A stretch of DNA of 64,000 nt from Cystobasidiomycetes sp. EMM_F5 (lineage: Eukaryota), in contig JBPGPT010000003.1 of NCBI GenBank assembly GCA_051047955.1, positions 1 through 64,000 of the forward strand, written 5' to 3'. Below, one piece after another: positions 13,494 through 26,804 of the stretch (position 1 is the first letter of the stretch; every line of letters begins with the position of its first letter). The notes below the pieces were generated by a model. It saw nothing but the letters and a program-made list of their open reading frames with translations, was not told where the DNA came from and searched no databases. Both the position numbers and the translations under genes were made by a program.

Positions 13494-16400
13494 CTACCAC
13501 CTTTTTGCACCATCGGAACGAGCCTAAATTGTAGGGAGCACAAAGTGTAAGAATCAGCTTTGAACATCTCGTATTACTCAGCCAAACTGTCATCACTCAC
13601 TCCAGGAGGTCGGTAAGTACCAGTCTTCTTGACAGGAGCCACAGTCTGGAAGCCATCCGCGTCCCCGTTACCGTTGGAAGCGGGTGGCGGTCCGCTTGAC
13701 GCCTCGCGAGTTTGTGATGGCGGGCGGGAGTCGATGCGTGCTTCGCTTTTAGGTTGCAGGTTGAAGCGAGGTCGTTCACCAGAAGGTGCAGCAGTATTGG
13801 CAGAAGGAACTGGTGGCGTAGCTGTGCGCGATGGCGGGCCAGATGAAGCAGGAGGTGCGGGTGCAGCTGATGAGCCGTCTCCTGCAGCCTTGCGCGCCGC
13901 CTCTCGCTCTCGCCAACTGCCAGGTGCAACTCCTGGAACACGAGGGCGTTCTCCAGAGGGAGCGGCAGTCGCAGCGGCGGATTCCGCTGGGCGCCACCCT
14001 GCGGAGCCTGGTACAGGGGCGCGTGCCGGAGCTGCAGAAATGCAGTTAGCCTGTTGTGCATCATCTGTACATAGTCCGCTTACGCTGTGCGCGTCGGGCA
14101 GCCTCCTTCTCAGCCAAGCGTCGCTCGACTTCTTCCTCTCTTGCGCGCTGCTTTGCTGCCTGCTCGTCGGCCCGGCCGCGTCGCTCAGCTTCCTCGGCGC
14201 GTCTCTTTTCCCTTGCTTCTTCTTGCACTCGCTTCTCTTCCGCAAGTCTCGCTTCTTCAGCAGCCCGAGCAGCTTCCTCTGCTTCCAAACGAGCTTCCTC
14301 TTCTTCACGGGCGCGACGCTCTGCTTCCTCGGCTGCGCGGCGAGCTTCCTCCTCCTGTCGTCTTCGTGCACGGATCTCTTCGCGTTTACTCTCAACTTCC
14401 TTGCGGCGTTTCTCAATCTCTTCATCAATCTTCTTTTGCGCTTTCGCCAAGCGCTTCTTGTGCTCCGCTTGAACCGCAGCCGTCTTTTCTTCTCGAAAGC
14501 GTTCATAGTCGGGCAGAATGGTATCCAGACGCGCTTTAATCTGTACGTTCTGCGCATGCGCAGCCCGGAGAACTTCGATACGCTGTGCACGAGCGCCTTC
14601 GAATGCCTCACGATCGCGCTTCTGCTGAATCTCATAGTCGAGTTTCAACAGCGGGATCTCTTCGCGTCGCATGGCTCGCTCGGTATGATCAATTCGCTTG
14701 CTGACAATGCGCATCTTCTCGGTCATGTCGCGTCTTGTCTTTTCGATCTGCTCAACTTGAATCTTCATAAGGGCAGCAGTATCCAAATTTTCAATGTCCT
14801 TGTCTGCGACCTTGAGTGCACCAGCAGATCGTAGCTTTTCGGCCAACTTCTTGGCCTCGTCAGCTTTGACTTGCTCATTGTTTTTACGGATCTGCTCGAG
14901 TTGTCGGTGCCTTGCCTCTTGTTCGACTCGGCGAGCTTCTTTGAGCTCGTGCTCACGCTTGGCTGTCGCACGGGCTGCTTCTGCCTCACGCTCCTTGCGA
15001 GAGGCTTCAGCCTCAGCACGCTGCTTCCTCTGCTCCGCGATGAGACGGCGCGACAATAGAGCATCTCGATCAGCAGCCATATTGGCAGCGACGGCTTGCA
15101 ACGCCTTTTCGGCATTCGCTTTGACAATCGCTAGAGCGGAGTGATTTGGAGACAGAATGTCGAGAGAAACGTACAAGGACTGTGCGAGGTGAGTCAGATG
15201 TGTTTGCAGCAAAGTGGAGGGTGTAGGCTGTAGCAGGTCAACAGTTCGCGCGTTGTTCTGGCTATGCGGAGATGGTCCAATCGTCGGCAAAACATCTGCT
15301 GCTTGGTGTTCCACCTCGAAGAGGTTCTCCTCGAATTCTACAATACCGTCATTGTGGTCCAGACGGACCGACAGCTCTCCCCGGCGACACGCATCGGTGA
15401 TGAATTTTTCGATGCGGACCTTTGCCGCATCGGAAGAAGCGGCTTCTCCATCAACCTCGTCCTTGAAAGAAGCCAATTTAACGACGCGTTTCAGACTAAG
15501 ACTGTCGTATACTTGACCGAGCTGTTGGAAGAGCCGTGACAGAACGACATTCTTGAGTGGTTCCACATAACGTTGCGTTTCTGGCGATGCATTGAGGTGA
15601 GCAAGAATTGGCTCTATCTTGCTAGTGATGTGGAGCGGGTGAAAATCAACTTCGATTATGCTGTAAAGCTCCCGGAGTTCTGGTGATACAGATTTCAGAA
15701 TGCCATGTTTGAGCTGTGACAGTGCTTATTAATTAGCGACGGCAAACGAATCAGTACATCGCGAACGAACCGCCTGAGTGAGAAGAGTCTCCCTGCTTGG
15801 AGCAGTGGGAAGATCAAGCAGACCCATCAAGGTCATGCGTCCACGAGTGTAGTCACGCTCGTCGCCGGCATTGCGATTCTTTCGGAATTTGCCCTCATCG
15901 CCAGCAGTGATTGGGACGGACAAAGCACTCAGCAAAACTAAGCCTGCAATGCGGTCTCCTTCAGTGCCAGCGGCACCTGGTGTGGCGGCTTGCAACGTCC
16001 ACAGCTTGCTGTAAGCGGCAGCGTGAAATAGGAAATTCTGTCCAACAGCGAAAACCTTGACGAGCTTCTCGTAGAAGGATGCCATAACGCTCGCTCTGGG
16101 CGTGCGCTTGGATGCTGCCACTAGACCGTGGATATCTTCGGCAGATCGGAAAGCTTCCTGCCATAGTTCCAGTTCGACGGCCGTGTTGAGCTGGGCGAAG
16201 CGGGTGTCGAGGTATCGCTGCAAAGTATCGGGATCCGAGATGTTGATGGCATAATTCTGTTGAGAGTACTTTTGAGCCGTTGCAAAGTGAATTCTAAGCA
16301 TGTCTGCCAGTCTACGGAATTCTGTCTTGCGTTGATGCTTGAGGCAGAATTGAAAAGTCTCGAGAGCGACCTGCTGGTACAAGACTTCGAGACGCGCATT

Positions 16401-17145
16401 GTTGCGCAGAATGTCGAGTGCAGTGCGGTACGCCTCCCAAAGGAATCGTAACCACGGTGTGACGAGTGCACGGTACGTCCTGTCTCTGCTCTTCTCTTCG
16501 CTGACGGCGGACAGCAGGATGGATTCGGGGGTATCAGCAGCCTCGAGGTCCTCGACATCGGCCGTTCCGTTTGCGCCATCGTCCTTGCTCGTGGTCGCTG
16601 CGGCATCTGTAGCAGCATCTGCTGGCCCTGCGACCTCGTCAACCTTTGCAAGTGCTTCGTCCAGTTTCTCTTTGCTCTTGTCGAGGAAGTGCCTGATGAC
16701 TGCCTCTACTGCAGTTTCTGAAGTGTTTTGAGCTACATATTTGTACTGTTTTCTGAGGTCGCAATGTCGAGGTACTCAGCCAGCGTGTGACGACCGTGCG
16801 AGCGATACTCTACAACTCACAATCCCTCTCTGGCAGTCTTTCCGCGCTTGAGCAAGATGCACAGGTCCAGGAAGCGGAACAGGATTGGCTCGAGCGTGCT
16901 CAGTGGAGTCGACCGAAATCGCTTCGAGCTGAATATCTCAGACACGCTGCTGAGCGCGGCAGCAGGCTGATTGACGGCCAGCAGCTCATCGGAGCGCTGT
17001 AGCATTCCAGAACAAAGACATTGTCACTGTCAGCATTCGCAGTCTCCATTGACAATCCTGGTTGCCTTTGAAATCCTGCAAGGCCCGTTTTCGAGTGGAA
17101 AAAGTGACTGCAACTCACCCTAAGCGCCGTGTCTGGTCGCGACAT
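13494..17145 (-). CDS. TIF32: Translation initiation factor eIF3 subunit A
   Basis: MSRPDTALRRSDELL start, RKTEFRRL, YLDTRFAQLNTAVELELWQEAFRS, PCI domain, E/R-rich coiled coil with RIDHTERAMRREEIP, C-terminus RPPGARSDGAKRW*. Confidence 0.96.
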
Positions 17146-17319
17146 GGGGCAGGCTGATGGTGCACACAGCTGTTCGTGTTGCTGTGTACAGACTGCAGCT
17201 GACGATTGTTCTCGACTTGGTTGGTCTGCTGGTCCGACGTGCCCGACCTCTGAAATTTGGCAGCTCGGAGTCCTCGATCTTTCACAAACCAGCTAAATCA
17301 TGACCATGACACGGCCAGT

Positions 17320-19275
17320 ATGAGTGAAGGCAGCGAAGCCAACCGCGATGCCGCCAAGCAGGCTCTGGACATCGCCAGGCGGGTCAGTCTTGTCGTGCCC
17401 GCAGCGCCGGCAGGCTTATGCAGTTGGATCTCTGAGCTGATTGCGTGTTTCGACGCTCGTTGCTACGTCTATACGCTTTCCGTACTACTCCTTATCTATC
17501 ACAACGCAAAACCCGCTACTCCGCTTTGGTCGATGTATTCGCTTTGCGCACGCACATTCGGCAATATGGACATACATTGCTACCGGCCACCAATGGACGA
17601 TTACCTCCATTGAAAATCCACTTGCTCACAGAAACTTGCCTCTGGGGAAATAGAGGCTGCCGTACGGTTTTGCACCAAATCAATATCGCTATTCTCAACA
17701 ACGACTGCACAATCACTTCTGAAGGAATTGCAAGCTCTTCAAAGGGAAGGAAGTGGCTCGAGAGCGAGTACTTCCTCATCCTCTGCTAGTACTTCCAATG
17801 GATATGCCAGACCTGCGAAGGCGTCGAATGGCGAGACGAGCGCCGCCAAGGAGCGTGTTCACACTCCAGAACAAGCCGCACTTGTCAAGCGAGTGCGTAT
17901 TATTGATTAGCATACATCTGACCGTTAGATCTGATTAGTTACTCTGCTGCTATCAGATTAGAAGCTGTCGGGCAACCGACTACTACGAGATTCTGTCAAT
18001 ACAAAAGGATGCTGAAGAAGTGCACATAAAGAAGGCCTATCGCAAACTAGCCCTCAGTCTTCATCCGGACAAGGTGCGTTTCACAGGCTCGCCGAAGCTG
18101 TTTCTTCTGTCCCTGACTTGCTGGTAACAGAATGGCGCTCCCGGCGCAGATGAAGCTTTCAAATTAGTCTCGAAGGCATTTCAAGTGTCAGTGAATAAGA
18201 AGCTGCGATGCATCTGGCGATAGCTTACATAAATATGGTTTACATCCATCTACCAGCTTATCGGACCCTCAAAAACGGTCTGCTCATGATTCTCACGGGA
18301 GTGATCCAGATGATCGGTCTACAGGCTTCTCACGCTCACCTTTCGCTGCCTCACGGGGCGGTGGAGGAGGGGGCATGTACAGTGACGAAGTGTCACCGGA
18401 AGAGCTTTTCAATATGTTCTTTCCCGGCGGCATGGGACGTTCGGGTATGCGCTTTGGTGGCGGTTCGCCATTTGGCGGTTCGGGCGTGCATTTCTCCACG
18501 TTTGGAAATGGCCGTCCGCAACGGCCTGCTCAGGCCAGAGATCCAAATGCTCCGCAGCAACCCGCCTGGGTACAGCTTTTGCCCCTCATTCTTCTCGTCG
18601 CATTCAGTCTTCTTACCCAACTTCCAAGCTTGTTCACGACTCCACCCACGCCCGACCCGTCGTTCAGCTTTGAGCGCTCTACCTTCTTCGACCTTGAACG
18701 CGAGACTCATTCAAACATTAAAGCGAGCTAGTGAGTTTTATCCTTCGGAATGACCCTGGCATAATTACTAAACACTCGTGATGTTATAATTCAGCTTCGT
18801 CAACTCCCGCCAGTACGCTAACCACCCATTTTTCGCTAGTCTTGTCGAAGCCAATCCAGATAAGCTGGTGTATCCAATCCCGGGCTCTACAGCCGAAGCC
18901 ACTCATGTGCCTCCTGCTGCTAAGGGATCCGATATTCCGGACGAGACTGCAACTGCTCCCGCTCAGGAAACCACGATTACACCTGCAGCGTCTCTCAGCA
19001 ATGAAAGGCAAGAGCATGCTCTCGCTTACCCGACACTTCCGACGGGTTTGAAAATACCGCGAGACTATGCGCGTTTCGAACAAGGCATTGAACAAGCGTA
19101 CCTCCGCCGACTACAGGAGATCTGCCAATTTGAGATTCAGGATCGCAATGAGCGGCTGAACCGCGCCCGTGGTTTCCTTGGTCTCGGAGCAGATTGGGAT
19201 GAAGTTCGTCGGCAAGAGCAGCGCGTTCTAGAGGGCTGCAACAAGTTGCGCTCGCTTGGCTATCGGATAGGTTAA
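17320..19275 (+). CDS. ER-membrane J-domain protein (DNAJB12/Hlj1-like, DUF1977)
   Basis: J domain DYYEIL...[39 protein letters not shown]-rich region, one TM helix, and a C-terminal luminal domain with two Cys. Confidence 0.92.
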
Positions 19276-19872
19276 CGGTGACCAATGCTTTTACTGCTTG
19301 CTCGCGTGTCTATGGCTTATCAGTATTATAGTCTGTAGTCCGCTCATTGTTGTTTTACTAGTGTGCAATGTTAATTCGCAAACGTCAGATCTCGCTGTGC
19401 TCGTATACGGGCTCAACTATAGAGGCTCTTTACACGTACTTCGCGGGACCGCATCATGATCGGGATTTCGGGAAGCAAAATTACGCACCGTCAAAGTGCG
19501 CAGTGCTTGGCTGGAATCTTGGATGGCTACTTCAGACCACAGCTCTCTATCTATGGCTCAACCTGCAACCTGATCCGACCGTCTTGTTGCGCAAAGCAAG
19601 CCAGTTGTTCTGGCCCGCAGTTGCCTCCTGCCGCTACTGGCCGCCACTCACCCTTCCCGGCTTCAGAACAGAAGACCTTGCTTTCTTTAAGCTATCCTAG
19701 TGAGGAGGTGATAGTAATAGTATGCAACATGCTTACGAGTGCTGCCTCAACAAAAATTGACTTTGTACCGCAGCGCCCGTCAAGAAACGTCATTCGCAAC
19801 GGCAACACCTTTCTCAATCAATTGTCTCGTTTCTGAAGTGAAAGCTTTAGTACATCATCCTCTTGTCTCGAC

Positions 19873-20544
19873 ATGGCTTCTACACGGCAGAGCACATCGC
19901 CCAACTATGGGACCGTTTTGTCGCCCGGTCAATCTGCGGTCTACCCATCTTCACTCTTCACGGGAGCGACTGTTCCCAGCTCAAACACCAGCTACGCTGT
20001 ATCCAATGGACTGTCAAAGGGAGCGATAGCGGGTATCGCAGTTGGAGCGGCCGTCGGCGCTATACTTCTCGTGGCCGTGATCATCGCTTTGATAGTTCGA
20101 AACAGGAGAAAGCGAAAGCAAGCCAAACGAGAATCGCAGACGGCACTACTTGGTTCGACATCCGGTGTGGCTTCTCAACCGGAGATGCGGCAGCAATACG
20201 GTGCAACTGGCAATACGTCTTCCGCAAGCGGACCGTATTCTGATGTAAATCTGCGGAAAGCATCAATGCAACCTGTTCCATTCCCTGCTCCCGTTGCACA
20301 GTCCTCGTACCACCACCGGAAAGTTGGCAAGCCCGGGCTACAATTTGGCGCTCTTGGCACACCCTCCACGGGTTACGATAACCATCGGCGAACGGACTCC
20401 GCATCTTCGACTGCACCTTTCCTGCCAGCTCACGGCGGGCATACCAGGTACTCCAGTGGAGAAACAACGCTCGAGCGTCCATCCACCGACTCCGATAGTC
20501 AGCCATCACCAGAGTTCGCAGCACCACCACGATTCCAAGACTGA
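19873..20544 (+). CDS. Single-pass membrane protein (Mid2-like TM motif)
   Basis: S/T-rich stretch followed by LSKGAIAGIAVGAAVGAILLVAVIIALIV-RNRRKRK. Upstream exons may exist but were not resolved. Confidence 0.65.
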   Translation: MASTRQSTSPNYGTVLSPGQSAVYPSSLFTGATVPSSNTSYAVSNGLSKGAIAGIAVGAAVGAILLVAVIIALIVRNRRKRKQAKRESQTALLGSTSGVASQPEMRQQYGATGNTSSASGPYSDVNLRKASMQPVPFPAPVAQSSYHHRKVGKPGLQFGALGTPSTGYDNHRRTDSASSTAPFLPAHGGHTRYSSGETTLERPSTDSDSQPSPEFAAPPRFQD

Positions 20545-20816
20545 GTACATAGCGGTCAAGCGTACATAGTAAACGGCATCTGAGGATCCCAAGGTCGCTC
20601 CGTATCACTATTTAACATACATTGTACATATCATCGTCCCCTAGAGCAAACAGTACCATGGGCTAACCGGCAGGGTGCTCGATGAGTCTCTTGTGCGTTT
20701 AGCGAGAGCCTCGCTTAACTTTGACCCCTCGATTATGCTGTGACTGGAAAGCTCTTCGTCTTTCTCCGAATCGTTCTGCTGTGCAGCAGCAATCACATAT
20801 TCGACATTCCTCCGTA

Positions 20817-23073
20817 ATGATGCCGTCTACTGCTGATGACAGCGTCCCCTTGTCGATACTTCATCACGGCGATAGAATCGACAACGCTGATGTCACAGTA
20901 GACGAGAAACCGAAGTATTTGACAGAAGATGATCTCTTGGATCAAACGCTATATCTGCCAGTGAGGTCGGACGCCCTCTGCCGATTTTTAGGCAACTCCA
21001 TTGACTCCTGCATAGACTCGACAAGTTTTACTACTAACGCTCACCGTGGCTTTGAGCTATTTCCTGGCTATAATCGAGCAGACAGTCACTTCCACTACAC
21101 TGCCCACTATCGCTTCCGGTGGGCAGGGTCAGCAGCGGTCAGAATACATATTTGGCTAAAAGTCTCTCTCACGTAGCGTTTGACGGTGGCAAACTTGTTT
21201 CTTGGGTAGTCCTGGCCTACCTTATAGGCGCAGCGGCCATTCAGATGGTCTTCGGTCGATTATGGTGGGATTTCGCACACCTTCCGTGACTCGTTTGTCT
21301 AACAACTCTTCAGCGATATTTTCGGACGGCGGACTCTGCTACTGAGCTCGACCGTTGCATTCTTTATTACAACGGTCATGTGCGCATTCAGTCAGAATTT
21401 GGTCATGCTCATGTGCGTTCTGGCATTCGCCGTGCAAAGCAACGCTGATGATATATAGTTGCAGTGTGGCTCGTGGCCTGCAAGGAGCAAGTGGAGATGG
21501 AATAACTACCGCAAGCTTGGTCTTTTAGCTGATTCAATACCAATGAAGCGACGTGTGTATCTCATTCCATTCTATCTGGCTATGCTTCGCTGATGCAATT
21601 GTCACCATCAGGTGGGAAGTACCAGGGTAAACGAAATGGCGTTGCTTTTTTTCGCCCACCGTCTAACCACCACTTTCAGCCATATTTGACACAGTAACGC
21701 TGATCGGTCAGGCTGTAGGTCCGCTTGTCGGCGCGGGCACATCGACGTTTTCTTGGCGGGCTAGCTTCTGGTGAGAACCTCTGGAAGGTACCTGTAATCG
21801 CTAGCTTATGGAGCGCAGGGTGCAACTGCCCTTGATTGCACTCGCCTTTTGCCTGCAATTAGTTTACATTCCGTCAAAGAGGACCTCAGGCGCAGATTGG
21901 CGTGTGAAGCTGCGGTCAATCGACCATGGCGGCTGCTTTTTGAGCCTGGCGTTTACTCTTCTCCTTCTAGTGGGTCTACTGCGTGGCGGAAGCGAGGTGA
22001 GCAGAAACATCCGTCATTATGAGGGTGTTCAACCTGAGGTTACCAACAGGCTCCGTGGGGTAGTGCGCAAGTGCTAGGGCCGCTCGTGGCATCGACAGCT
22101 GCCTTCGTTTTGCTGCTATTTTGGGAGCGGCGGATAGCCATTCTGCCTATATTGCCGCCGAGATTATTCGCCAACCGAGACTTCGTCGGGGTCTTGTTCT
22201 TTACGGGAATAACATTCGCAGCGAATTTTATCATCGTGTATTATGTGCCAGCATTCGCTCAGTTGGCGCGAGGCCTCTCACTGGTGGAGTCGGGGTTAGT
22301 AGCATTGCCCTATGGAGCAGCGAATAGTGCGGCTAGCTGCTGTAGACCCGGAAATAAGCCACTCAAGGTTCTTCTGCAGGTCTATGTGTTTTCCTCTCCA
22401 TCCTAGCCAGCAAGCGATTCGGAATCAAGGTTGGTGATGATCGGTATTTAGATATGCCACGGAGCTGATCCTTCTCACGTTCGAACAGCGCGTGATGATA
22501 ACTGGTACAGCAATCTGGACCATAGGCTCAGGCCTGCTCAGCCTCATGAATGGAAGCAGCAGCTTGGGTTTAATATTTGGTTTCAATACAGTTGCAGGCG
22601 TCGGCTGCGGCTTCTGCGTCGTTCTCTCCACCCTTCAATTACAGGCTTGCCTCCCTAGGGCGGACGTCGCGGTAGCAATGAGCATCCGTGCGTATGTGCG
22701 ACTGCTTGGTGCTGCGATCGGCACTGCGTTGGCAAGCGTCGCCGTGTTGAATGGGTTACCCGTCAAAATGGACAATCTCGGCCTTTCTAACGATATTCAG
22801 CAAATTATCATCGATGATCCGATGTCGATACGGCATGAGCTGCAAACTCGCTTATCGTCCACGACACTCGACGGCATTGTACAGGCGTACGTCGACATTT
22901 ATCGCATCATCTTCTGGATGGCCACTGGCCTATTGCTTTGCGCCCTCATCGCTTCTGCCGCCATATTAGGACAATATAGCTTGGATCGTCCTGACGATGC
23001 GGAACTCATCGCAGCTGGTAGTCAATATGCAGACGAGAAGGAGAGGGAAGAAGGATCAAGATCCGCTGAATGA
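20817..23073 (+). CDS. MFS transporter, DHA2 (14-TM drug:H+ antiporter) family, copy 1
   Basis: EQTVTSTTLPTIA, motif A RLCDIFGRR, SIDHGG, PILPPRLF. Multiple introns. Confidence 0.85.
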
Positions 23074-23250
23074 AGTATGATGTAGGGCAGTCCAAGCAAG
23101 AAATGTTATGTGCAACGGTCCCCCACGAATTTCGGGGGCAAAAGCGTTGCCAAACAAAGCCCATCGTATCAGCCGAGCGCATTTGCAATCTTCAAAGTGT
23201 CATGTAGTACTCTCTTCCAGCCTTCAATACTGTTATCCACTATTCTGAAT

Positions 23251-25291
23251 ATGTCTGAACCGCAAGAACTGCTGCATGCACAAGCACTCGCAACTCTGGA
23301 TGTTGACAAAAGCCATTTTCACGAAGGTAGCATACAGCAACAAATTCTGGTACTGTCCAGAAAGAGCAAGTGGGGAGTCGCCTCGGTGGCAGCTTTGAGC
23401 TTCAGCATGCACCTTTTCGAGTGAGTAAGTCATAAGCTGATTGGCTAGCCTGGCGGCTCAATCAATTCCAGACAAACGATTGTCGCCACCGCGTTGCCTT
23501 CGATAGCCAGAGATTTGCATGGCGGTCATGCAGTAGTCTTCGTGATAGACGCCTACATCATTGGAATGGCATTGCCTGTCGCGTTCGTGGCACGCTTGTC
23601 CGAAGTGTTCGGTCGAAAAAAGGCCATCTTGACGGCCACCGCAGCCTTCTTTGTAACGACAGGCGCTTGTGCATTGAGCCGCTCTTTGGTACAATTGATG
23701 TCAGTGCGCGGCGCAGCCATGTGGACATTACACTGACCTTTCCTGCGTCCGCAGCATATTTCGCGGCTTTCAAGGCATATGCACCGCATCGCTTTCGGTC
23801 TTTGCGATGCTATACATGAGCGATTGCTTGCCTTTGGCTGAACGTGGTCCTTATCAAGCTCTCATTGAGGGAGTAGGTCGGTCCCATTCCTGAAGTCCGC
23901 CAGTGTTAAACTTTGTTGGAATCAGTGTTGTATGCTCGCACAAGGTATCGGCCCATACCTCGGTGGTGCCCTGGCCTCATGCTCCCTTGGCTGGCGAAGT
24001 TGCTTTTGGGCGACGCTTCCATTGATTGCGCTGCTGGTCGTAGCGCAACTCGCATTGCTACCTAGAACAGAACAACGCGAGGTTTCTTGGCGACACTTCA
24101 GAGCTTTAGATTACATCGGAACGCTTCTGTCTGGATCAGGTGCCATCCTGCTGGCAGTGAGGCGCGTTGCGTTCGTCGTGCATGATGGTTGTTGACCACC
24201 AGTAACGTAAACAGACTGGGGTGCTCTGCGGGAAGGTATACGCCCCATGGAGCTCCCCACTCATCATTTCGTGCTGTTGCCTGGGACTTTGCAGTTTCAT
24301 CGCCTTCGGCTTGTGGGAATATGCTGTCGCGCGCATACCGCTGTTACCACCGGCATCATTCAGAACAATTCCGTTGGCGACTTGCCAACTCGTTACCTTT
24401 TTAAGCTTTGGAGGTCTGTCTATCTTGATGGTGCATATACCAGGATTCCTGCAGATAGTAAGAGGATTTACCCCTGAAAAGGTGTGGTCAGATCGCGCAT
24501 TTCCCTCGCCCTTTATTGACGGTTCTTTAGTCCGGTGCACTGTACTTACTCTTTGGCGCACTCTTGAGTGCGTTCATCTGTACTCTACGTCTTGAGGACT
24601 TATAGCTGAAGGCTCTAGAAGCGTTTGTCATCTACCTCGCCGTCGTTGCTGGAATGAAAATTGGCATGGCAGTATGTACCTCTGTCAAAGCTTGCTGTGC
24701 GTTGACTAATGTTTGTGTGAGCCGATAATTCTGCTAGGCCTCTGTGTTTGGACTGCTTTTGCCGGTCTTCTCTACCTTTGGACAGAGGAATGCGATGTCG
24801 CTCTTGTCTGCAGCTTGCTGGTAATGGGAGCCATCGGCGCCGGCGGATGCGACGTCACTGTAGTTATGTATATGCAACAGTCTGTAGACGAAGAAGCCAT
24901 GGCTATGGTCACATCGTCACGGCATTACATGCGCCAGCTGGGGTCAGCCTTGTGCTTGGCGGCAGCAACTAGCATGATCAATAATTCTTTGATTGATTCT
25001 TTGGAGAATCGGAAGATAGATGCGGTAATCATCTCTACGATTCTCGATGATCCTTCCAGAGTGCGCCGAGAGTACTTCACGTCGATTATCAGCGGGACGA
25101 CTGTTGCCGGACACTCCATTATCACGGATCTCCTCATAGCGTATAGGCGGGCCTGGTATTTCTTGGTCGCTCTGCTCGGAGGTTCTGCCATCTCTTCCGC
25201 CTGCTTACTCTTCTATACGCCGGAGCGTCAGCAAGTCAAGGCTCTATCGGCCTGTCGAAGAGTGGACATGGGAAATGAGGAAGTCCAGTAA
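23251..25291 (+). CDS. MFS transporter, DHA2 family, copy 2 (divergent tandem paralog)
   Basis: EQTIVATALPSIA, RLSEVFGRK, LDYIG, PLLPPASF, ILDDP. Exon layout resembles copy 1. Confidence 0.82.
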
Positions 25292-25358
25292 GTTCCTCTC
25301 TCCAAGACTCTCTGACCCCTGGCTTGCGAGATTGTCAGTTCATGATCTCGTAAAATTA

Positions 25359-26612
25359 TCAGTACAAGCTGTGCCAGCTGCCACTTTGACTACTCTGCAA
25401 CGCATTCTCGATGAACGACACGTCAAGTAGCGTCGCATGACTGCCGCTACGACTTTGCACATCGCGCGCTGAGTGGCTGTCTGGGCCATCGACAAGCGCT
25501 TTCGCGAAGGCTTGAAATTCCTGTTCAACACCTTGAACATGGATTGATGCGACTTCCTCCTCCTGACCATTTTGCAAGATCTTGAGAGACATTCTCGGCC
25601 CTTGCCTCACCACCGTGATGATGGCCTTCGAGCCGCGGATGACATACCCGGAAGGCTTTGACACTTCGTGCGCCATAGAGATAATGAATGTACCACCAAC
25701 TCTTTCGTTGTCTGTTTTGATGACACCTTGTAAGGTATCGAAAGGGGCGAGGTCATCACGGATCAGACAATTGAATGCTGAGACGGAGGCCATTTGGACG
25801 CCTAAAGCCGATAACAGGTAGCGAATACCCGCTACAAAGTGAACGCCGCCATCCAGAAGGAAGCCTCCTTGATACTCTGGGTTCTTTCGCCAAGCGGTAT
25901 TGTAGTAGGGATTTTCTGCAGGCAGAATATAAGGATCCAAAGGACCGGCTGAAAGGTTTACGCACCTGGGGTCACGTTGTTGTTCCACTCCAAGCTAAAC
26001 GACCGCAGCTCGCCTATTACACCCTGCGACAGCATTTCGTGCACTTTTACGTACGCGGTTTCGTACTAAGTGATTCGCGTTGGTGTCATCTTGGATGTAG
26101 CGAGTGTGGATAGGCGGAAGTACGTACCGGAAACTGCTCAGCGATGATCCATTGGATGCCTGTCGACCTGTACGTTGTTTCATAGATGTCAATCAACTGC
26201 TTCGCCGTAGCTACGTCTTTGGCGATAGGCTTCTCCGATATGACGTTCTTCCCGGCTCTCCAAGCTGCTTGAATAATTTCCGGTTGGAACGTAATAGGTA
26301 GACACACCACGACCGTCTGTATGTCGTCTCGGCTTAGAACCTTCGCCAAGCCGTCTGAACCATGATACACGTCAATTCCAGGTAATCCGAGCTTTCGAGA
26401 GGCCGCAGCGAGGGACTGTGCTGAACCTTCAGACCGCGAGTATACAGCCTTTAGTGACAGATCTTGGCATTTGAGTATAGCCGGGAGGTGCTACCCGAAG
26501 TATTCATCAGACCGGATAGGATCCCGACCTCAGACTGCTACGCAACGACATCGAATCCACTCACTGCCGTGGTCGCGAAGATTCCTGCTCCAAGTAACCC
26601 AATACCGCACAT
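25359..26612 (-). CDS. Gfo/Idh/MocA family oxidoreductase
   Basis: Rossmann GIGLLGAGIFA, AGKNVISEKPIA, WR...YQGGFLLDGGVH. Confidence 0.9.
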
Positions 26613-26804
26613 CTTTGCGCTTGCCTATTCACGTAGGTGCGAGAATTGCGAGCTGCCTGGAAAGCGGTCTTTCGCCTCTGCCAACCCTGCTTTGCCCCAC
26701 ATGGTCCCACCTGAGCCGGATTTGCACTGCAATTCGTCACTAAGCAGCTACTGCTACTGCTCATTATGTACAAGACAAAATTATTTCGAGTTTCGGCGTT
26801 CATT

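Noticed and set aside
13629..14834. 401-aa plus-strand ORF and other long overlapping ORFs antisense to eIF3a
   Set aside because: Shadow ORFs of the low-complexity E/R/A-rich coiled-coil coding sequence; no recognisable domain.
19368..19872. Short ORFs upstream of the single-pass membrane gene
   Set aside because: No convincing spliced model or domain could be built.
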